The position numbers and the translations under genes were made by a program. A stretch of 63,997 nucleotides of DNA, the filler included. It is 11 parts of 11 records of this genome, joined end to end, with 100 filler letters (N's around TTAATTAATTAA, not from the genome) between each part and the next. Parts side by side here need not be neighbours in the genome. Positions count along the whole stretch, not along the records: positions 8,693 to 22,328 come from SRR9188676_924; 10 more parts are not named here. One strand, 5' to 3'. The notes under the pieces were generated by a model, which saw only the letters and a list, made by a program, of their open reading frames with translations, searched no databases and was not told where the DNA came from. Of this stretch, positions 10,963 through 21,630 are shown in pieces. Within the stretch, counting starts at the first letter, position 1, and each line of letters starts with the position of its first letter.

Positions 10963-11501
10963 TTTGCATCGTAATTTGGGTAATTGGAATTATAGAGCAT
11001 TTAATTTTGGACAAAACTAATAAATCCATGTAAAATTCCAAAATTAAATGTAAAAAAGTGTTATATAATTATTTAACGGTAAAATACTTCCGCCATTCAA
11101 ATTTATTGTAATATCCTAAGAATTGAAAATTTGGTAGATTTTTTTTTGAAAATTTAATATTTGGAGTTTTAGGGGATTTTCGTCAATTCAATTATTTTTT
11201 CACAAAAAAAGCCTCTTAAAACTCTATTACGATAGAAAGAATCTGCTGTTATTGACGGCTAGGAAGTCATACTCTTTCTTTTAATATTACAACTTTTCTG
11301 CTAAGATGCAAGGGAGATTTGAGTAATTATTTTTACAAAACACAAAAGATTCTCCTGAGTAATATTTCTTATCTCGAAAAATACATACTAAGTATAAAAC
11401 TGAGATAAGTAATGACTATAAATATGCTTCGGTTATATATTACTTCTTAAAATTAAAAATGCGCAATTCAAACTATAAATGTTGCAATTTGAAACAAACT
11501 T

Positions 11502-12278
11502 CTATCCATTCTTGGCTTTAAAGGCTTGTAAAGTTTCTTTAGTAAAATTACTTAGCACAAGCTTTCCACTAATTTCAGCTCTCTCAAGCAAGAGTGAATC
11601 CCAATGGTCAGTGTTTTTCCAGAGTATTCTTTTGAGTTCCTTCAATGCTTCTGGATTATATTTTGATAAACTTCTTGCCAAACCAAGAACGGCTTCGTCC
11701 ATTTCTGTAGCTGTTTCAAATACTTCCATGTACAAGCCTTTTTCTTTTGCCCAATCAGCAGCAAAAAATTCTGTTGCCTTTAAAGCAAGTATAGAAAATG
11801 AGGAAAGTCCAATTTTACGTTCCACTGCGGGTTCAATCACAGCAGGAATGATTCCGATACTTAGTTCGCTTAATTTGATAGCCGCAAATTGGGTAGCAAA
11901 ACAATAATCTGTAGCCGCCGCCAGGCCAACTCCGCCGCCAATGGCTTTTCCTTGAACTCTTCCTATTATTATTTTAGAAGATTTTCGACAAGAATTTATC
12001 ACTTTGGCAAAGCCCGAAAAAAATATTCTACCAGATATTGTGTCTTCAATTGCCATCAATTCTGTAAAATCTGCTCCAGAACAAAAAGTTCTATCACCTT
12101 CACTTTGCAGAATAATGATTTGTACTTCTTCTTGTTCCCCTAATTTTTCTATGGTCATTGCCAATTCTTCCAAAAGTACAATAGACATAGCGTTCGTTGG
12201 CGAATTTCCAAAGACTAGCTTTACAATACCTCCGTCTAGCTCTTCCAACCTGATAGTATGTCTTTGAGTATCTTGCAT
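11502..12278 (-). CDS. Enoyl-CoA hydratase/isomerase family protein (methylglutaconyl-CoA hydratase-like)
   Basis: FCSGADF, GKAIGGGVGLAAATD and LSELSIGIIP crotonase motifs. Confidence 0.92.
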   Translation of the reverse strand: MQDTQRHTIRLEELDGGIVKLVFGNSPTNAMSIVLLEELAMTIEKLGEQEEVQIIILQSEGDRTFCSGADFTELMAIEDTISGRIFFSGFAKVINSCRKSSKIIIGRVQGKAIGGGVGLAAATDYCFATQFAAIKLSELSIGIIPAVIEPAVERKIGLSSFSILALKATEFFAADWAKEKGLYMEVFETATEMDEAVLGLARSLSKYNPEALKELKRILWKNTDHWDSLLLERAEISGKLVLSNFTKETLQAFKAKNG

Positions 12279-12459
12279 AATAAAATTATTTTTAGATATT
12301 ACAGTATTATTTTGATTTTAATAACATTAAATTACAAATAAATAAAAGAATAATTTTATAAATAGCCTTCACTTAATGTATTGAAAACAATCAAAAGAAT
12401 GAAGAAAAACTATTAATAAAAGTAAATTAAACAATCTCAACAAACAATTCAACTTAAAA

Positions 12460-13608
12460 ATGTACAAATCAGAACAATTAACCTTAGTCCGACAAAGTGC
12501 TAAAGAGTTTGCCGAACGTAAAATTCGTCCTCATGTAATGGAATGGGACGAAGCCCAAATTTTCCCGATAGATTTAATGAAACAATTGGGCGAACAAGGC
12601 TTTCTAGGCGTACTCGTACCAGAAGAATATGGCGGGGCAGGCTTAGGCTATCATGAATACGTGGCAGTTATCGACGAAATTGCACAGGTTTGTGGTTCAA
12701 TCGGTTTATCGGTTGCGGCACATAATTCATTGTGTACCAATCATATTTTACAATTTGGTTCAGAAAATCAAAAACAACAATATTTGCCTCAACTTGCTTC
12801 GGGTAATTTTATTGGAGCATGGGCTTTAACAGAAGCCAATACAGGTTCTGATTCTGCCAGAATGCAGTGTGTAGCCCGCAGAGAAGGCGACAATTATATC
12901 ATCAATGGTTCAAAATGCTGGATTACCCACGGAAAATCAAGTGACGTTTTGGTTATTATGGCAAGAACGGGAGCATTAGGAACAAGAGATAATGCCACGG
13001 CTTTTATTGTAGAACGTTCAAATACTGGTTTGAAATTTGGCAAAAAAGAAAATAAATTAGGCATGCGTGCTTCTGAAACGGCAGAAGTAATTTTAGAAGA
13101 TTGCGTTGTGCCTGTTTCGGCTCGTTTAGGAAACGAAGGAGAAGGTTTTAAACAAGCCATGAAAATTTTGGATGGCGGACGAATTTCCATCGCAGCACTT
13201 TCTTTAGGCATTGCTAAAGGGGCAATGAAAGCCGCCGCTCGTTATGCGCAAGAACGCCAACAATTTGGACAGGCTATCGCTAATTTTCAAGGAATCAGTT
13301 TTAAATTGGCTGAAATGGCGACTAAAATTCATGGAGCTGAATTGATGACACTTCACGCTGCCGACCTTAAAATGGAAGGAACGCATCTTACTAAAGAAGC
13401 TGCTATGGCAAAATATTATGCTTCGGAAGTGGCTGTAGAAGTGGCAACGGATGCTGTTCAGATTTTTGGAGGATATGGCTATACCAAAGATTTCCCTGTT
13501 GAAAAATTTTATCGAGATGCAAAACTTTGTACCATCGGAGAAGGTACTTCTGAAATTCAGAAAATCGTAATTGCGAGAGAAGTACTAAAAGAATATCCAA
13601 TCGCTTAA
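12460..13608 (+). CDS. Acyl-CoA dehydrogenase
   Basis: ALTEANTGSD, NGSKCWIT, KLGMRASET, QIFGGYGY, IGEGTSEIQ. Confidence 0.97.
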   Translation: MYKSEQLTLVRQSAKEFAERKIRPHVMEWDEAQIFPIDLMKQLGEQGFLGVLVPEEYGGAGLGYHEYVAVIDEIAQVCGSIGLSVAAHNSLCTNHILQFGSENQKQQYLPQLASGNFIGAWALTEANTGSDSARMQCVARREGDNYIINGSKCWITHGKSSDVLVIMARTGALGTRDNATAFIVERSNTGLKFGKKENKLGMRASETAEVILEDCVVPVSARLGNEGEGFKQAMKILDGGRISIAALSLGIAKGAMKAAARYAQERQQFGQAIANFQGISFKLAEMATKIHGAELMTLHAADLKMEGTHLTKEAAMAKYYASEVAVEVATDAVQIFGGYGYTKDFPVEKFYRDAKLCTIGEGTSEIQKIVIAREVLKEYPIA

Positions 13609-13648
13609 AAATAATCCTCAGCATAAATATATGCTGAGGATTATTTTT
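13607..13648 (+). terminator. Intrinsic terminator
   Basis: Perfect inverted repeat AAAAATAATCCTCAGCATA / TATGCTGAGGATTATTTTT right after the stop codon. Confidence 0.85.
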
Positions 13649-13702
13649 TGAAGTATTCTTGCATTCATTTTCTTATTTCGACTGGCTTCTTATTAATTTC
13701 GT

Positions 13703-14593
13703 GTGAACCAATTGTATGCTAAACAAAAATTGGCTTTATCACAAATGCTAAAAATACTTCAACAACCTTATCCACATAACGATTCTACTCGTCGAAAACT
13801 TTTTCTTTCATTTGCTGCGGGTATTTTTATTAGCACATTTTTAATGTTTTTTCAGCCTTTTGGCATTGCTAATTGGCATGATGACTCAAAAGTTCTCATC
13901 TTAACAGGCTTTGGCATTATTACTTCTGTCACCATGCTTTTTATTTATTTCGGTGTTCAAAGCCTTTTCTCCAGTTACTTCCAAGAAGAACGGTGGACAG
14001 TTGGCAGAGAAATGGGAATGGTTGCGTTGAATGTGCTTTCAATCATGGCAATCAATGTACTTTATACTCAATATTATATCGCAAAAGGTTTCAATATGCT
14101 GAATCTGGTTTCTATGGTAATTTATACACTCGTGTTGGGCGTATTTCCAGCCACAGGCATTATTTTAATCAACTATATTTTTTACTTAAAACGATACAGT
14201 AAACCGCCTCAGCCAAGCCATCTTCCAGAAAAAAATATTGAAGAAGTATCAGCAACAAATGAAATAATATTAATTGCCGAAAACGGAAAAGACACCATTA
14301 CTTTATCGCCCAATTCATTTTTCTACATAGAATCAAGCGATAATTATTCGACCGTTGTATTTCTGAAAGAAGATATTTTTCAAAAAGAATTAATCAGAAG
14401 TAGTTTGACAAGGCTTGAAGGGCAGATTTCTCAAACACAAATTGTTCGTTGTCATCGTTCATTTATCGTGAATCTTGATAAAGTGGATAAAGTAACAGGC
14501 AATGCACAAGGTTATAAATTACACTTGAACGAAAGTGATTTCGTAATTCCTGTAGCCCGACGATATTCTGAAATTGTGTATGAATTGAAGTAA
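13703..14593 (+). CDS. Membrane-anchored LytTR-family transcriptional regulator (true start probably ATG 13745)
   Basis: Four hydrophobic segments, then YIESSDNYS...RCHRSFIVNL...IPVARRY LytTR domain. Confidence 0.9.
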   Translation: MNQLYAKQKLALSQMLKILQQPYPHNDSTRRKLFLSFAAGIFISTFLMFFQPFGIANWHDDSKVLILTGFGIITSVTMLFIYFGVQSLFSSYFQEERWTVGREMGMVALNVLSIMAINVLYTQYYIAKGFNMLNLVSMVIYTLVLGVFPATGIILINYIFYLKRYSKPPQPSHLPEKNIEEVSATNEIILIAENGKDTITLSPNSFFYIESSDNYSTVVFLKEDIFQKELIRSSLTRLEGQISQTQIVRCHRSFIVNLDKVDKVTGNAQGYKLHLNESDFVIPVARRYSEIVYELK

Positions 14594-15898
14594 TTAATTT
14601 TTCTCATGCACTTCAGTCAAAATCTTCGTTACTTCCTTTCTGATTTCTGACATTGGTTTCAAGAAACTATTATTCATGATGCTGAAGATTAACACTTTCC
14701 CTTTTTTAGTAAGCAAATAACCGCTAAGGTTATAATTATTGCTAAAAGAACCCGATTTGGCAAAAATAAAAGCTTCTTCGCTGGAAGGTAAACTCTTTAA
14801 AGTACCAGATTTTCCTGCTGCGGGAAGTAATTTAAATAGTCTTTCTTGCGGAACTGTTTGGTAAATATTTTGCAAAAGCTTCACGATACTTCTTGGCGTA
14901 AATAAATTATAGCGTGAAAGTCCAGAGCCATCCACCCATCTTGAAGCATCTGGTAAATCACTCATAAATTGTTTTTTTGCTGCTTCAATTCCTTTACTGA
15001 CATTCAATTCGCCCGTTAAAACATCGGCATTTAATAACATCAAATGTTCAGCAATCATATTATCACTAACATGCAACATTCTTTTGTATAAGCTATCGGC
15101 TGGCAAACTATAAAATACTCTGGCTGATTTATCCAGCGCTTTATTAATCATCGTCACTTCTTTTTTTAAAGTATCGCTTAATAAAGCAACGGTAATTTCT
15201 ACGCCAGTTTTGAAAGGAACATCTTGTACAAAATTTGCCTTCATTTTTTGAGTATTAGGATGGCTAAATAAATTGGCTCCTAAATCTCGCTGAATGGAAA
15301 AAGTATTCTCATTCGACCATTCATAAGCTTTATTCTCGAAAAGTCTAGGCGTGACCGACAAAGCTTTTTGGGTATTTGCTGTGAATCGAACTACATTTCC
15401 ATGAATTGGAAATCCTGAAATTTCTGCCGCATAATAATCATTGTAATCGTCCCAAGCCCAACCTTGTCCGAAGAAAGTACCTGTGAAATTATCATTCGAG
15501 AAATAGATTTTTTCAGAACGATTTTTTAAAAAATCATAGACTTTACTTTTCGCTAAATCTGGATTGAGAAAAGACGGGTCGCCAGTTCCCCACAAAATCA
15601 AGGAATCGCCCGCTACTTTATAATGAAAAGCAGGAATGGAATCTCCCAAAGTTTTCAAACTAGCATAAAAAGTAAACAATTTTGTATTGGAAGCAGGCAT
15701 AAAATAACGATTTGCTTCTTGTTCAAAAACTATTTTTTGTTCAGCAATATCATAAAAAACAATTCCAGTTTGGTTCTGAGCAAAGGTTGTTGATTGCTGA
15801 ATTAATTTAGCCGTAGATTTCATCAATACTTTATTGGTATTGCAAGACGAAAACCCAAGTACCATCAAAAACAAGAAAGGAGGAATAATACGCATCAT
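14594..15898 (-). CDS. dacB: D-alanyl-D-alanine carboxypeptidase/endopeptidase (peptidase S13), lipoprotein
   Basis: PASNTK (SxxK), SDN, DGSGLSRYN, AKSG; lipobox-like FSSC. Confidence 0.9.
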   Translation of the reverse strand: MMRIIPPFLFLMVLGFSSCNTNKVLMKSTAKLIQQSTTFAQNQTGIVFYDIAEQKIVFEQEANRYFMPASNTKLFTFYASLKTLGDSIPAFHYKVAGDSLILWGTGDPSFLNPDLAKSKVYDFLKNRSEKIYFSNDNFTGTFFGQGWAWDDYNDYYAAEISGFPIHGNVVRFTANTQKALSVTPRLFENKAYEWSNENTFSIQRDLGANLFSHPNTQKMKANFVQDVPFKTGVEITVALLSDTLKKEVTMINKALDKSARVFYSLPADSLYKRMLHVSDNMIAEHLMLLNADVLTGELNVSKGIEAAKKQFMSDLPDASRWVDGSGLSRYNLFTPRSIVKLLQNIYQTVPQERLFKLLPAAGKSGTLKSLPSSEEAFIFAKSGSFSNNYNLSGYLLTKKGKVLIFSIMNNSFLKPMSEIRKEVTKILTEVHEKN

Positions 15899-16045
15899 AA
15901 ATATCCAATAATTTTAAATGAAATAAGGATTCAATTCAGGAAATCATCGAAAAATACGCATTTTTTCTACACTAAAATCACAAAATAAGATATATAGTTT
16001 TGCGTGAATATCAAGTCGAAACGTGTCCAAAAGTATTTTCTTCAT

Positions 16046-16053
16046 TACCTTTG
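16046..16053 (+). promoter_or_regulatory. Bacteroidota -7 promoter element (TAnnTTTG)
   Basis: TACCTTTG about 95 nt upstream of ATG 16149. Same motif at 11012-11019(-), 18000-18007(-), 42091-42098(+), 47557-47564(-), 49712-49719(-), 49902-49909(+). Confidence 0.65.
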
Positions 16054-16148
16054 TGTCGCTATAACTAAGCTTTTGTAAAACTCAAAGGCTAAATTTTCGT
16101 TATCTAATTAGATTTATATCATTCCATAAAATATTTCGTAATCATAAA

Positions 16149-17210
16149 ATGTCTGTAAAATATTTTCATCTCACAGTAAAAGAAATCATCGACGAAACGC
16201 CCGATACTAAAACCTTTACTTTTTGGCATCCAGTACATCAATCTGTAAGTTATAAAGCTGGTCAATTTCTTACCTTAATTCCAGTAATCAACGGACAAAA
16301 AGTACGTAGAAGTTACTCAATGTCAAGCTCGCCTAACAAAGATGCTTCCATTGCTGTAACCGTAAAAAGAGTACCAAACGGATTAGTTTCTAATTATTTG
16401 TGTGATTCTGTAAAAGTAGGTGATGCCATCGAAGTAATGGAACCGATGGGACATTTTGTGCTTGAACCTAATCCAATGAAAGAACGTACCATCGTATTAT
16501 TTGGTGGAGGTTCAGGAGTTACACCTTTGATGTCAATCTTAAAATCTGTTTTACCAGTAGAACAAGGCTCCAAAGTGTATTTGATTTATGGTTCAAGAAG
16601 TGAAGAAGATATTATTTTCAAAAAACAATTAGTCGAGTTAGAATTAAAATACGAAGGTCGTTTCAAAGTATTACACATATTGACGAAACCTTCTTATACT
16701 TGGACGGGCTACAAAACTCGTATCAATCAAGCATCAGCCGTAATTTTCCTGAAACAAGATTTTGCAATTGATATTGCCAAAGCAGAGTATTATTTATGCG
16801 GACCAGAAGGAATGATGGAACAAGTAGAAAGTGCTTTGAAAATGTTTAATGTTTCGACGGATAATATTCATAAAGAACATTTTGGAGGAAATACTTCTCA
16901 TGAAATTCATGTTGAAGACGAAGATGATTCTATCAAACCACAAACTGTAACGATTCAATACGAAGGCAATGAGTACGAAGTATTGGTAAAACCGCATGAA
17001 ACTATTTTGGAAGCGGCTTTGCGTGAAGATATTGATTTACCTTATTCTTGTCAGGCTGGAATGTGTACTGCTTGTTTAGGAAAATGCGTGTCAGGAAAAG
17101 TACACATGGATGAGGAAGACGGACTTACCGACAAAGAATTACAACAAGGTTATATTCTTACTTGTGTGGCGCATCCTAAAACGGCTGGCGTTGTGATTGA
17201 GGTAGAGTAA
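16149..17210 (+). CDS. FAD/NAD-binding oxidoreductase with C-terminal 2Fe-2S ferredoxin (PaaE-like)
   Basis: RSYSMSS, GGGSGVTP, YLCGP, SCQAGMCTAC...LTC. Confidence 0.93.
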   Translation: MSVKYFHLTVKEIIDETPDTKTFTFWHPVHQSVSYKAGQFLTLIPVINGQKVRRSYSMSSSPNKDASIAVTVKRVPNGLVSNYLCDSVKVGDAIEVMEPMGHFVLEPNPMKERTIVLFGGGSGVTPLMSILKSVLPVEQGSKVYLIYGSRSEEDIIFKKQLVELELKYEGRFKVLHILTKPSYTWTGYKTRINQASAVIFLKQDFAIDIAKAEYYLCGPEGMMEQVESALKMFNVSTDNIHKEHFGGNTSHEIHVEDEDDSIKPQTVTIQYEGNEYEVLVKPHETILEAALREDIDLPYSCQAGMCTACLGKCVSGKVHMDEEDGLTDKELQQGYILTCVAHPKTAGVVIEVE

Positions 17211-17314
17211 GTTATTGAGATAAAATAATTTGGAATGGTGGTTTTGGAGATTTCCAATATCACCATTTTTGTTTTTACCCGCTGATTTACGCTGATTTTC
17301 TGAAAGCTTATAGC

Positions 17315-17995
17315 TTACAGCTTAACACTTACAGCTTTCTTAATAAAATATCCTAAACCCAACATTGACACTAAGATTAAGCCAAAAACAAAAAACTGAA
17401 TGCCACTACCTTGACTTGGGTGTTCTATCAGTTTACGAATTTCTTGTGCTTGTGTTCCTAACCAAATTGATAGAATAGTTCTTGGAAGCATTCCGATAAA
17501 ACCTGCGGTCAGAAAGTTTTTCAGTTTCGTTCCTGAGAAAGAAAACAGCACATTGGTAACGGCAAATGGCAAAACAGGCGAAAGACGAGCTAATAAAATA
17601 ATCTTGAATTCGTCTTGTTGAAGATTATCCAGTACTTGCCTTACTTTAGGTTTTTCTGAAAGTTTAGTCAAAAACCTTCCGCCATCTATCAATTTCGCTA
17701 CTTTAAAACCCAAGTATGAAGCACACCAATAACTAATGGCAATAGGAACGAAGGCATTCCAAGCCAAGAAATAGCCACTCAATAATGCAATAAAAGTAGT
17801 AGGAGTAAGGGCAAAAGCCATGCTAAAACATGAAGCAACATAAACCAAAACCCATTGAAATGTTGTAAAATGTTGAACTTCCTGCTCATGCATAATTAGC
17901 CAATAGCTTATACTAGAGCTAGCAAATATGGGCATCAAGCCCAAAAAGAAAGTATAAACTATTGAAAAAGTATTTTTCTGGAGGAAATCTAACAT
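17315..17995 (-). CDS. TVP38/TMEM64 (VTT/DedA) family membrane protein
   Basis: ARLSPVLPF...GMLPRT motif, multiple TM segments. Confidence 0.88.
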   Translation of the reverse strand: MLDFLQKNTFSIVYTFFLGLMPIFASSSISYWLIMHEQEVQHFTTFQWVLVYVASCFSMAFALTPTTFIALLSGYFLAWNAFVPIAISYWCASYLGFKVAKLIDGGRFLTKLSEKPKVRQVLDNLQQDEFKIILLARLSPVLPFAVTNVLFSFSGTKLKNFLTAGFIGMLPRTILSIWLGTQAQEIRKLIEHPSQGSGIQFFVFGLILVSMLGLGYFIKKAVSVKL

Positions 17996-18035
17996 TGTAC
18001 AAAGATAGATGCCTTAACAGCATTCTACAAAAAAC

Positions 18036-18512
18036 TTAGAAATCAGTGAATTTGATTGGAAGTAAATCTCCAATGGATTCTGTCACTAATATCTGATTGT
18101 TTACTCCTAACATGATAAAACGAATAGGTTCTTGCTGACGAACTTCATATTCCAACATCGCTTGTCGGCAAGCTCCACAAGGAGAAACGCCTCTGAATAC
18201 ATCGCCTTTTCCCGGACGAGCAATAACTGCTATGGATTTTATTTTTCGTTCTGGATAATTCGCTCCGACCCAAAAAATAGCAGATTGTTCTGCACAAGAA
18301 CCAGAAGGAAAAGCTGCATTTTCTTGGTTATTCGCCATCACAATGGTATCATCATCCAAAAGAATGGCAGCACCTACATGGAAATTTGAGTAAGGAGCAT
18401 ACGATTTGTAGGTAGCTTTACGAGCTTCGTTCAATAATTTATTTTCTAATACCGACAGCTCAGTGTCGTTATTGTACGTTTCGAGGGTGATTGTTAAATT
18501 AAGTTTCTGCAT
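18036..18512 (-). CDS. cdd: Cytidine deaminase
   Basis: YAPYSNFHVGAA, NQENAAFP, CAE, PCGACRQ. Confidence 0.96.
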   Translation of the reverse strand: MQKLNLTITLETYNNDTELSVLENKLLNEARKATYKSYAPYSNFHVGAAILLDDDTIVMANNQENAAFPSGSCAEQSAIFWVGANYPERKIKSIAVIARPGKGDVFRGVSPCGACRQAMLEYEVRQQEPIRFIMLGVNNQILVTESIGDLLPIKFTDF

Positions 18513-18647
18513 ATCAGTTTATTCGGTATATTTTCATTAGTTTTTTAGATGGGGAAAATTATAACGAAAAAACACTTTAGAATAGTTCATGATATTTTTG
18601 AAAAGATGATTAGGTGACTGAAAACTGGTATTAATACTTAGAAAAAA

Positions 18648-18676
18648 TAAACCCGTAGAAATATTCCACGGGTTTA
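18648..18676 (-). terminator. Intrinsic terminator after the SPFH gene
   Basis: TAAACCCGT...ACGGGTTTA hairpin next to an A-tract on the + strand. Confidence 0.7.
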
Positions 18677-18696
18677 TGAATCTTTCTCACTTTTAA

Positions 18697-20592
18697 TTAC
18701 TCTTTTTTATCTGTTTGCACATCAACAGAAGTTTTCTCTACTTTCTTGCCTACTTCTTCCATCAAACGTAAGCCAAGCAATCCACTCAAAGCTCCGTTTT
18801 GGTCGTTCGAGCCACCTGTAATTAAAATATCAGGCATTACTTTTATTTTCTCTTTACCAATGCTTTCGGTGATTTTCAATTGTGTAAAGTTGCCTTCGCC
18901 CATTGCTGAAACAGCTAATTTGTAGGCTTCTGCGTCAGCTTTACCAATCGCTAAAATTTTCTCAGCTTCGGCAGTACCCGTTTTACTGATTTTTTCAGCT
19001 TCGGCATTGGCAATTAACTTAATTCTTTCAGACTCTGCACTGGCTTGTACTCTTACTCTTTCGGCTTCTGCTCCTGCTTGTAATTTCAAACTTTGGGCTT
19101 CACCTTGTGCTTTTTTCACCGAAGCATCGGCTACTCTTTCTGCAATCACAACACCTTGGTCGGCTTTTACAATATCTTTCTGAATATCGGCAATCGCTGT
19201 TTCTTTTTCCAAAGCTTGGCGAGTTTCCTGTGCCATTTTCTGGGTTTCATAAGTAACTTTTTGTTCTTCGGCTAATTTTCTATCAGTCAAAGTTTTCATT
19301 AATGATTCTGGCGGAACAATATCGCCAATCAAAGTATCCACTGCGTTTACATTGTATTGCGAAAGTACTTCTCCAATGTAGCGTCTGGCTGTTTCCTGAC
19401 GCTCTTTTCTTGAACCTAAAAAGGAAATTACGTCTGAATCTTGAGCGGAGTTTCTAAAGTAATTACCAATCGTAGGCTCAAGTACTTGGCTGACAAGATT
19501 GTTCATATTACCAAAACGAGCAATTACTTTTGGAGCTTCGTAATTCGGAATGTGGATAATCTGCGAAACATCCAAATTGAAAGGGAAACCATCTTTTGAA
19601 CGAACCGTAATGGTTGACAGATTTTTATCCAATTGATGCGACTCCGACCTTGCGCTTGCCCAGTTCAATACTAAGTTGGTTGTAGGAACAACTTCAATTT
19701 TCTGAACATAAGTATTTACTGGATATTTCCCCGGTCCAAAAGCTTCTGCCCAAACGCCTTTGTAGCCTTTTGAAACAATATTTCCGTGTTTAAACTCCGT
19801 TCCGCTAATATCAACACCTTCTTCGCCGACATAAGAAATGACTACTCCTACATTACCAATCGGAATTTCAGTCATGTGAATTTCTTCTACTTTCACAAAC
19901 CACGGATTCAAGTTGTACGAACCTGCTAAAATTACTTGTTGTTGTAAGCCTTTGTTTCCTCCTCTATTCAAGAAAGTATCAGCATCTTGGAAATTATTAT
20001 GACCGTCAATTGACTTACCTGCAATTTGTCCTGCTTCAATAGAAGCACCGTCCATCGTGGTAATAATCCCAACCATGTTTTCATGGATTTCAGTAATGTC
20101 GGTAATGACTACTTCAAACAAAAAAGTATTGATTCTGTATGAACCCGCTGTAATTACTGCTGTTTGTCGTCCTTTTCTTCCGCCGTTTTTTAAAAAAGAT
20201 TCCGTATCTTGAAATCCATCACATTCAATTTTTCGAGCTAAAATAGAACCTGTTTCAAGTTCTTTGCCATCTTTTGCCAAGATTAAGCCAATTTTACCAG
20301 TTGGAATAATGGTAAGTGGCTGAAGCGTAATATCGTATTGCCAAATCCAATACCAAAAATAAATACCCGGAGCTAAAGGTTTAGCTTGATAACCCGCTTC
20401 GCCTTCGGTGGCGATGATACGTCCTTCTGGGAGAGATTTTTTATCACCAAAGAGTACGAACTTTTTGGTAACTAAGCCAATTTTGTCTTCTGGAATAATG
20501 ATAATGCCCAGTAAACGAAAAATAAATTTGTAGAAAACTAAACAAAGCACAGGAATTGCTATGCTGATAATGGTAGTAATAGGAATGTTCAT
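18697..20592 (-). CDS. SPFH/band-7 (flotillin-like) protein, long type with N-terminal repeats
   Basis: N-terminal TM, repeated GxYxxNxxL units, ITVRSKDGFPFNLDVS SPFH domain, AEA-rich coiled coil. Confidence 0.9.
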   Translation of the reverse strand: MNIPITTIISIAIPVLCLVFYKFIFRLLGIIIIPEDKIGLVTKKFVLFGDKKSLPEGRIIATEGEAGYQAKPLAPGIYFWYWIWQYDITLQPLTIIPTGKIGLILAKDGKELETGSILARKIECDGFQDTESFLKNGGRKGRQTAVITAGSYRINTFLFEVVITDITEIHENMVGIITTMDGASIEAGQIAGKSIDGHNNFQDADTFLNRGGNKGLQQQVILAGSYNLNPWFVKVEEIHMTEIPIGNVGVVISYVGEEGVDISGTEFKHGNIVSKGYKGVWAEAFGPGKYPVNTYVQKIEVVPTTNLVLNWASARSESHQLDKNLSTITVRSKDGFPFNLDVSQIIHIPNYEAPKVIARFGNMNNLVSQVLEPTIGNYFRNSAQDSDVISFLGSRKERQETARRYIGEVLSQYNVNAVDTLIGDIVPPESLMKTLTDRKLAEEQKVTYETQKMAQETRQALEKETAIADIQKDIVKADQGVVIAERVADASVKKAQGEAQSLKLQAGAEAERVRVQASAESERIKLIANAEAEKISKTGTAEAEKILAIGKADAEAYKLAVSAMGEGNFTQLKITESIGKEKIKVMPDILITGGSNDQNGALSGLLGLRLMEEVGKKVEKTSVDVQTDKKE

Positions 20593-20741
20593 TGTTGTGT
20601 ATGTTTTGGTTGATTTTTGAACTCAGATGCTTAAGTTCATGAATCAAATTTGTAGAAAACCAAATAAAAATATTCCGTTTTGTGAAGAATGGTTTGGGGC
20701 AGGCTTAAATGGATTTTGGGGACTTTATAACCCTGTTCACT

Positions 20742-20781
20742 TGGCTGGTCTCCCGACCATTGGTGTTCGGAAGACTAGCCA
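20742..20781. repeat. REP-like GC-rich palindrome
   Basis: TGGCTGGTCTCCCGA pairs with TCGGAAGACTAGCCA (13/15 Watson-Crick). A related inverted pair lies at about 22122-22230. Confidence 0.6.
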
Positions 20782-20794
20782 CGAAACAGTTGCA

Positions 20795-21250
20795 TCAAAC
20801 TTCTTTCACTTTAATGGCATATTTAGGGAGTTCTTGTTTTAATTCTTCATATATTTTTATCCATTCTTGATAGCCTTCCTCAATTTGAGAAGCTGAGAAA
20901 CTTGCCCAATTAGCATGTTTACGGGTAAATTCTAATTCTTCTTCCTTTCCTATTAATAGTCGCTCTTGCGAGGGAATAAATACTGTATGTAATCGATGAT
21001 TATTTTCTTGAAGCTTATTAGATAGATATATTATCTGTTCAATAGTTATACTTGAATATCTTAATAAAACATCTGTTTCTTTTGTGTTTAATTCTAAGGA
21101 GAATAAATCTAATATTTTTTTTGGTTTATCTTCCAATATATCTAAACCGTGTTTATCTAAAAATTCACCCACTATTATTATTTCAATGTTTGGAATACCT
21201 ACTAAGATTAACTCCATTGTATTCACTCCTTTTGCTAAATAAATGTTCAT
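20795..21250 (-). CDS. Hypothetical protein (AT-rich orphan)
   Basis: 151-aa ORF with ATG in very AT-rich DNA; no recognised motif. Confidence 0.7.
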   Translation of the reverse strand: MNIYLAKGVNTMELILVGIPNIEIIIVGEFLDKHGLDILEDKPKKILDLFSLELNTKETDVLLRYSSITIEQIIYLSNKLQENNHRLHTVFIPSQERLLIGKEEELEFTRKHANWASFSASQIEEGYQEWIKIYEELKQELPKYAIKVKEV

Positions 21251-21314
21251 AATTAAATTTTAATAGATTGTTACTGATGCAATGCCCTCGCTTGACATGA
21301 TTATCAATAGCCGA

Positions 21315-21586
21315 CTAAAGGTTTGCATTAGCTGTTTCAACTATATTCATTAAAAGATGACTTCTTCTAACGCTAATAAATAAGCACCAAACATTTTCGA
21401 TTTCTTTAATTTTAGTTGGTGGAAGTTCTTTTCTAATGACATTTTTTCTTTTATTCCTAAATTGGGAATATTAAAGTTTTCTAAATTTTGAACCCATTGA
21501 ATAACAGACTCTTCTAAATTCTGTGATACTATTTGTTGAATATAAGTTCCTTTTCGATATTCAACTATAAATGTATATTTTTTCAT
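21315..21586 (-). pseudogene. Small hypothetical protein, probably frameshifted near 21430
   Basis: MKKYTFIVEYRKGTYIQQ... from ATG 21586. The shifted frame continues ELPPTKIKEIENVWCLFISVRRSHLLMNIVETANANL to TAG 21315. Confidence 0.55.
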
Positions 21587-21630
21587 TATCTTGAATCCTC
21601 GCTCCCGAGTTCCCACGGAAACAATAATTA

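Noticed and set aside
17315-17995. TVP38 genes in both a bacterial and a eukaryotic contig as possible HGT
   Set aside because: Universal family, the sequences are not notably similar, and the contigs are unlinked.
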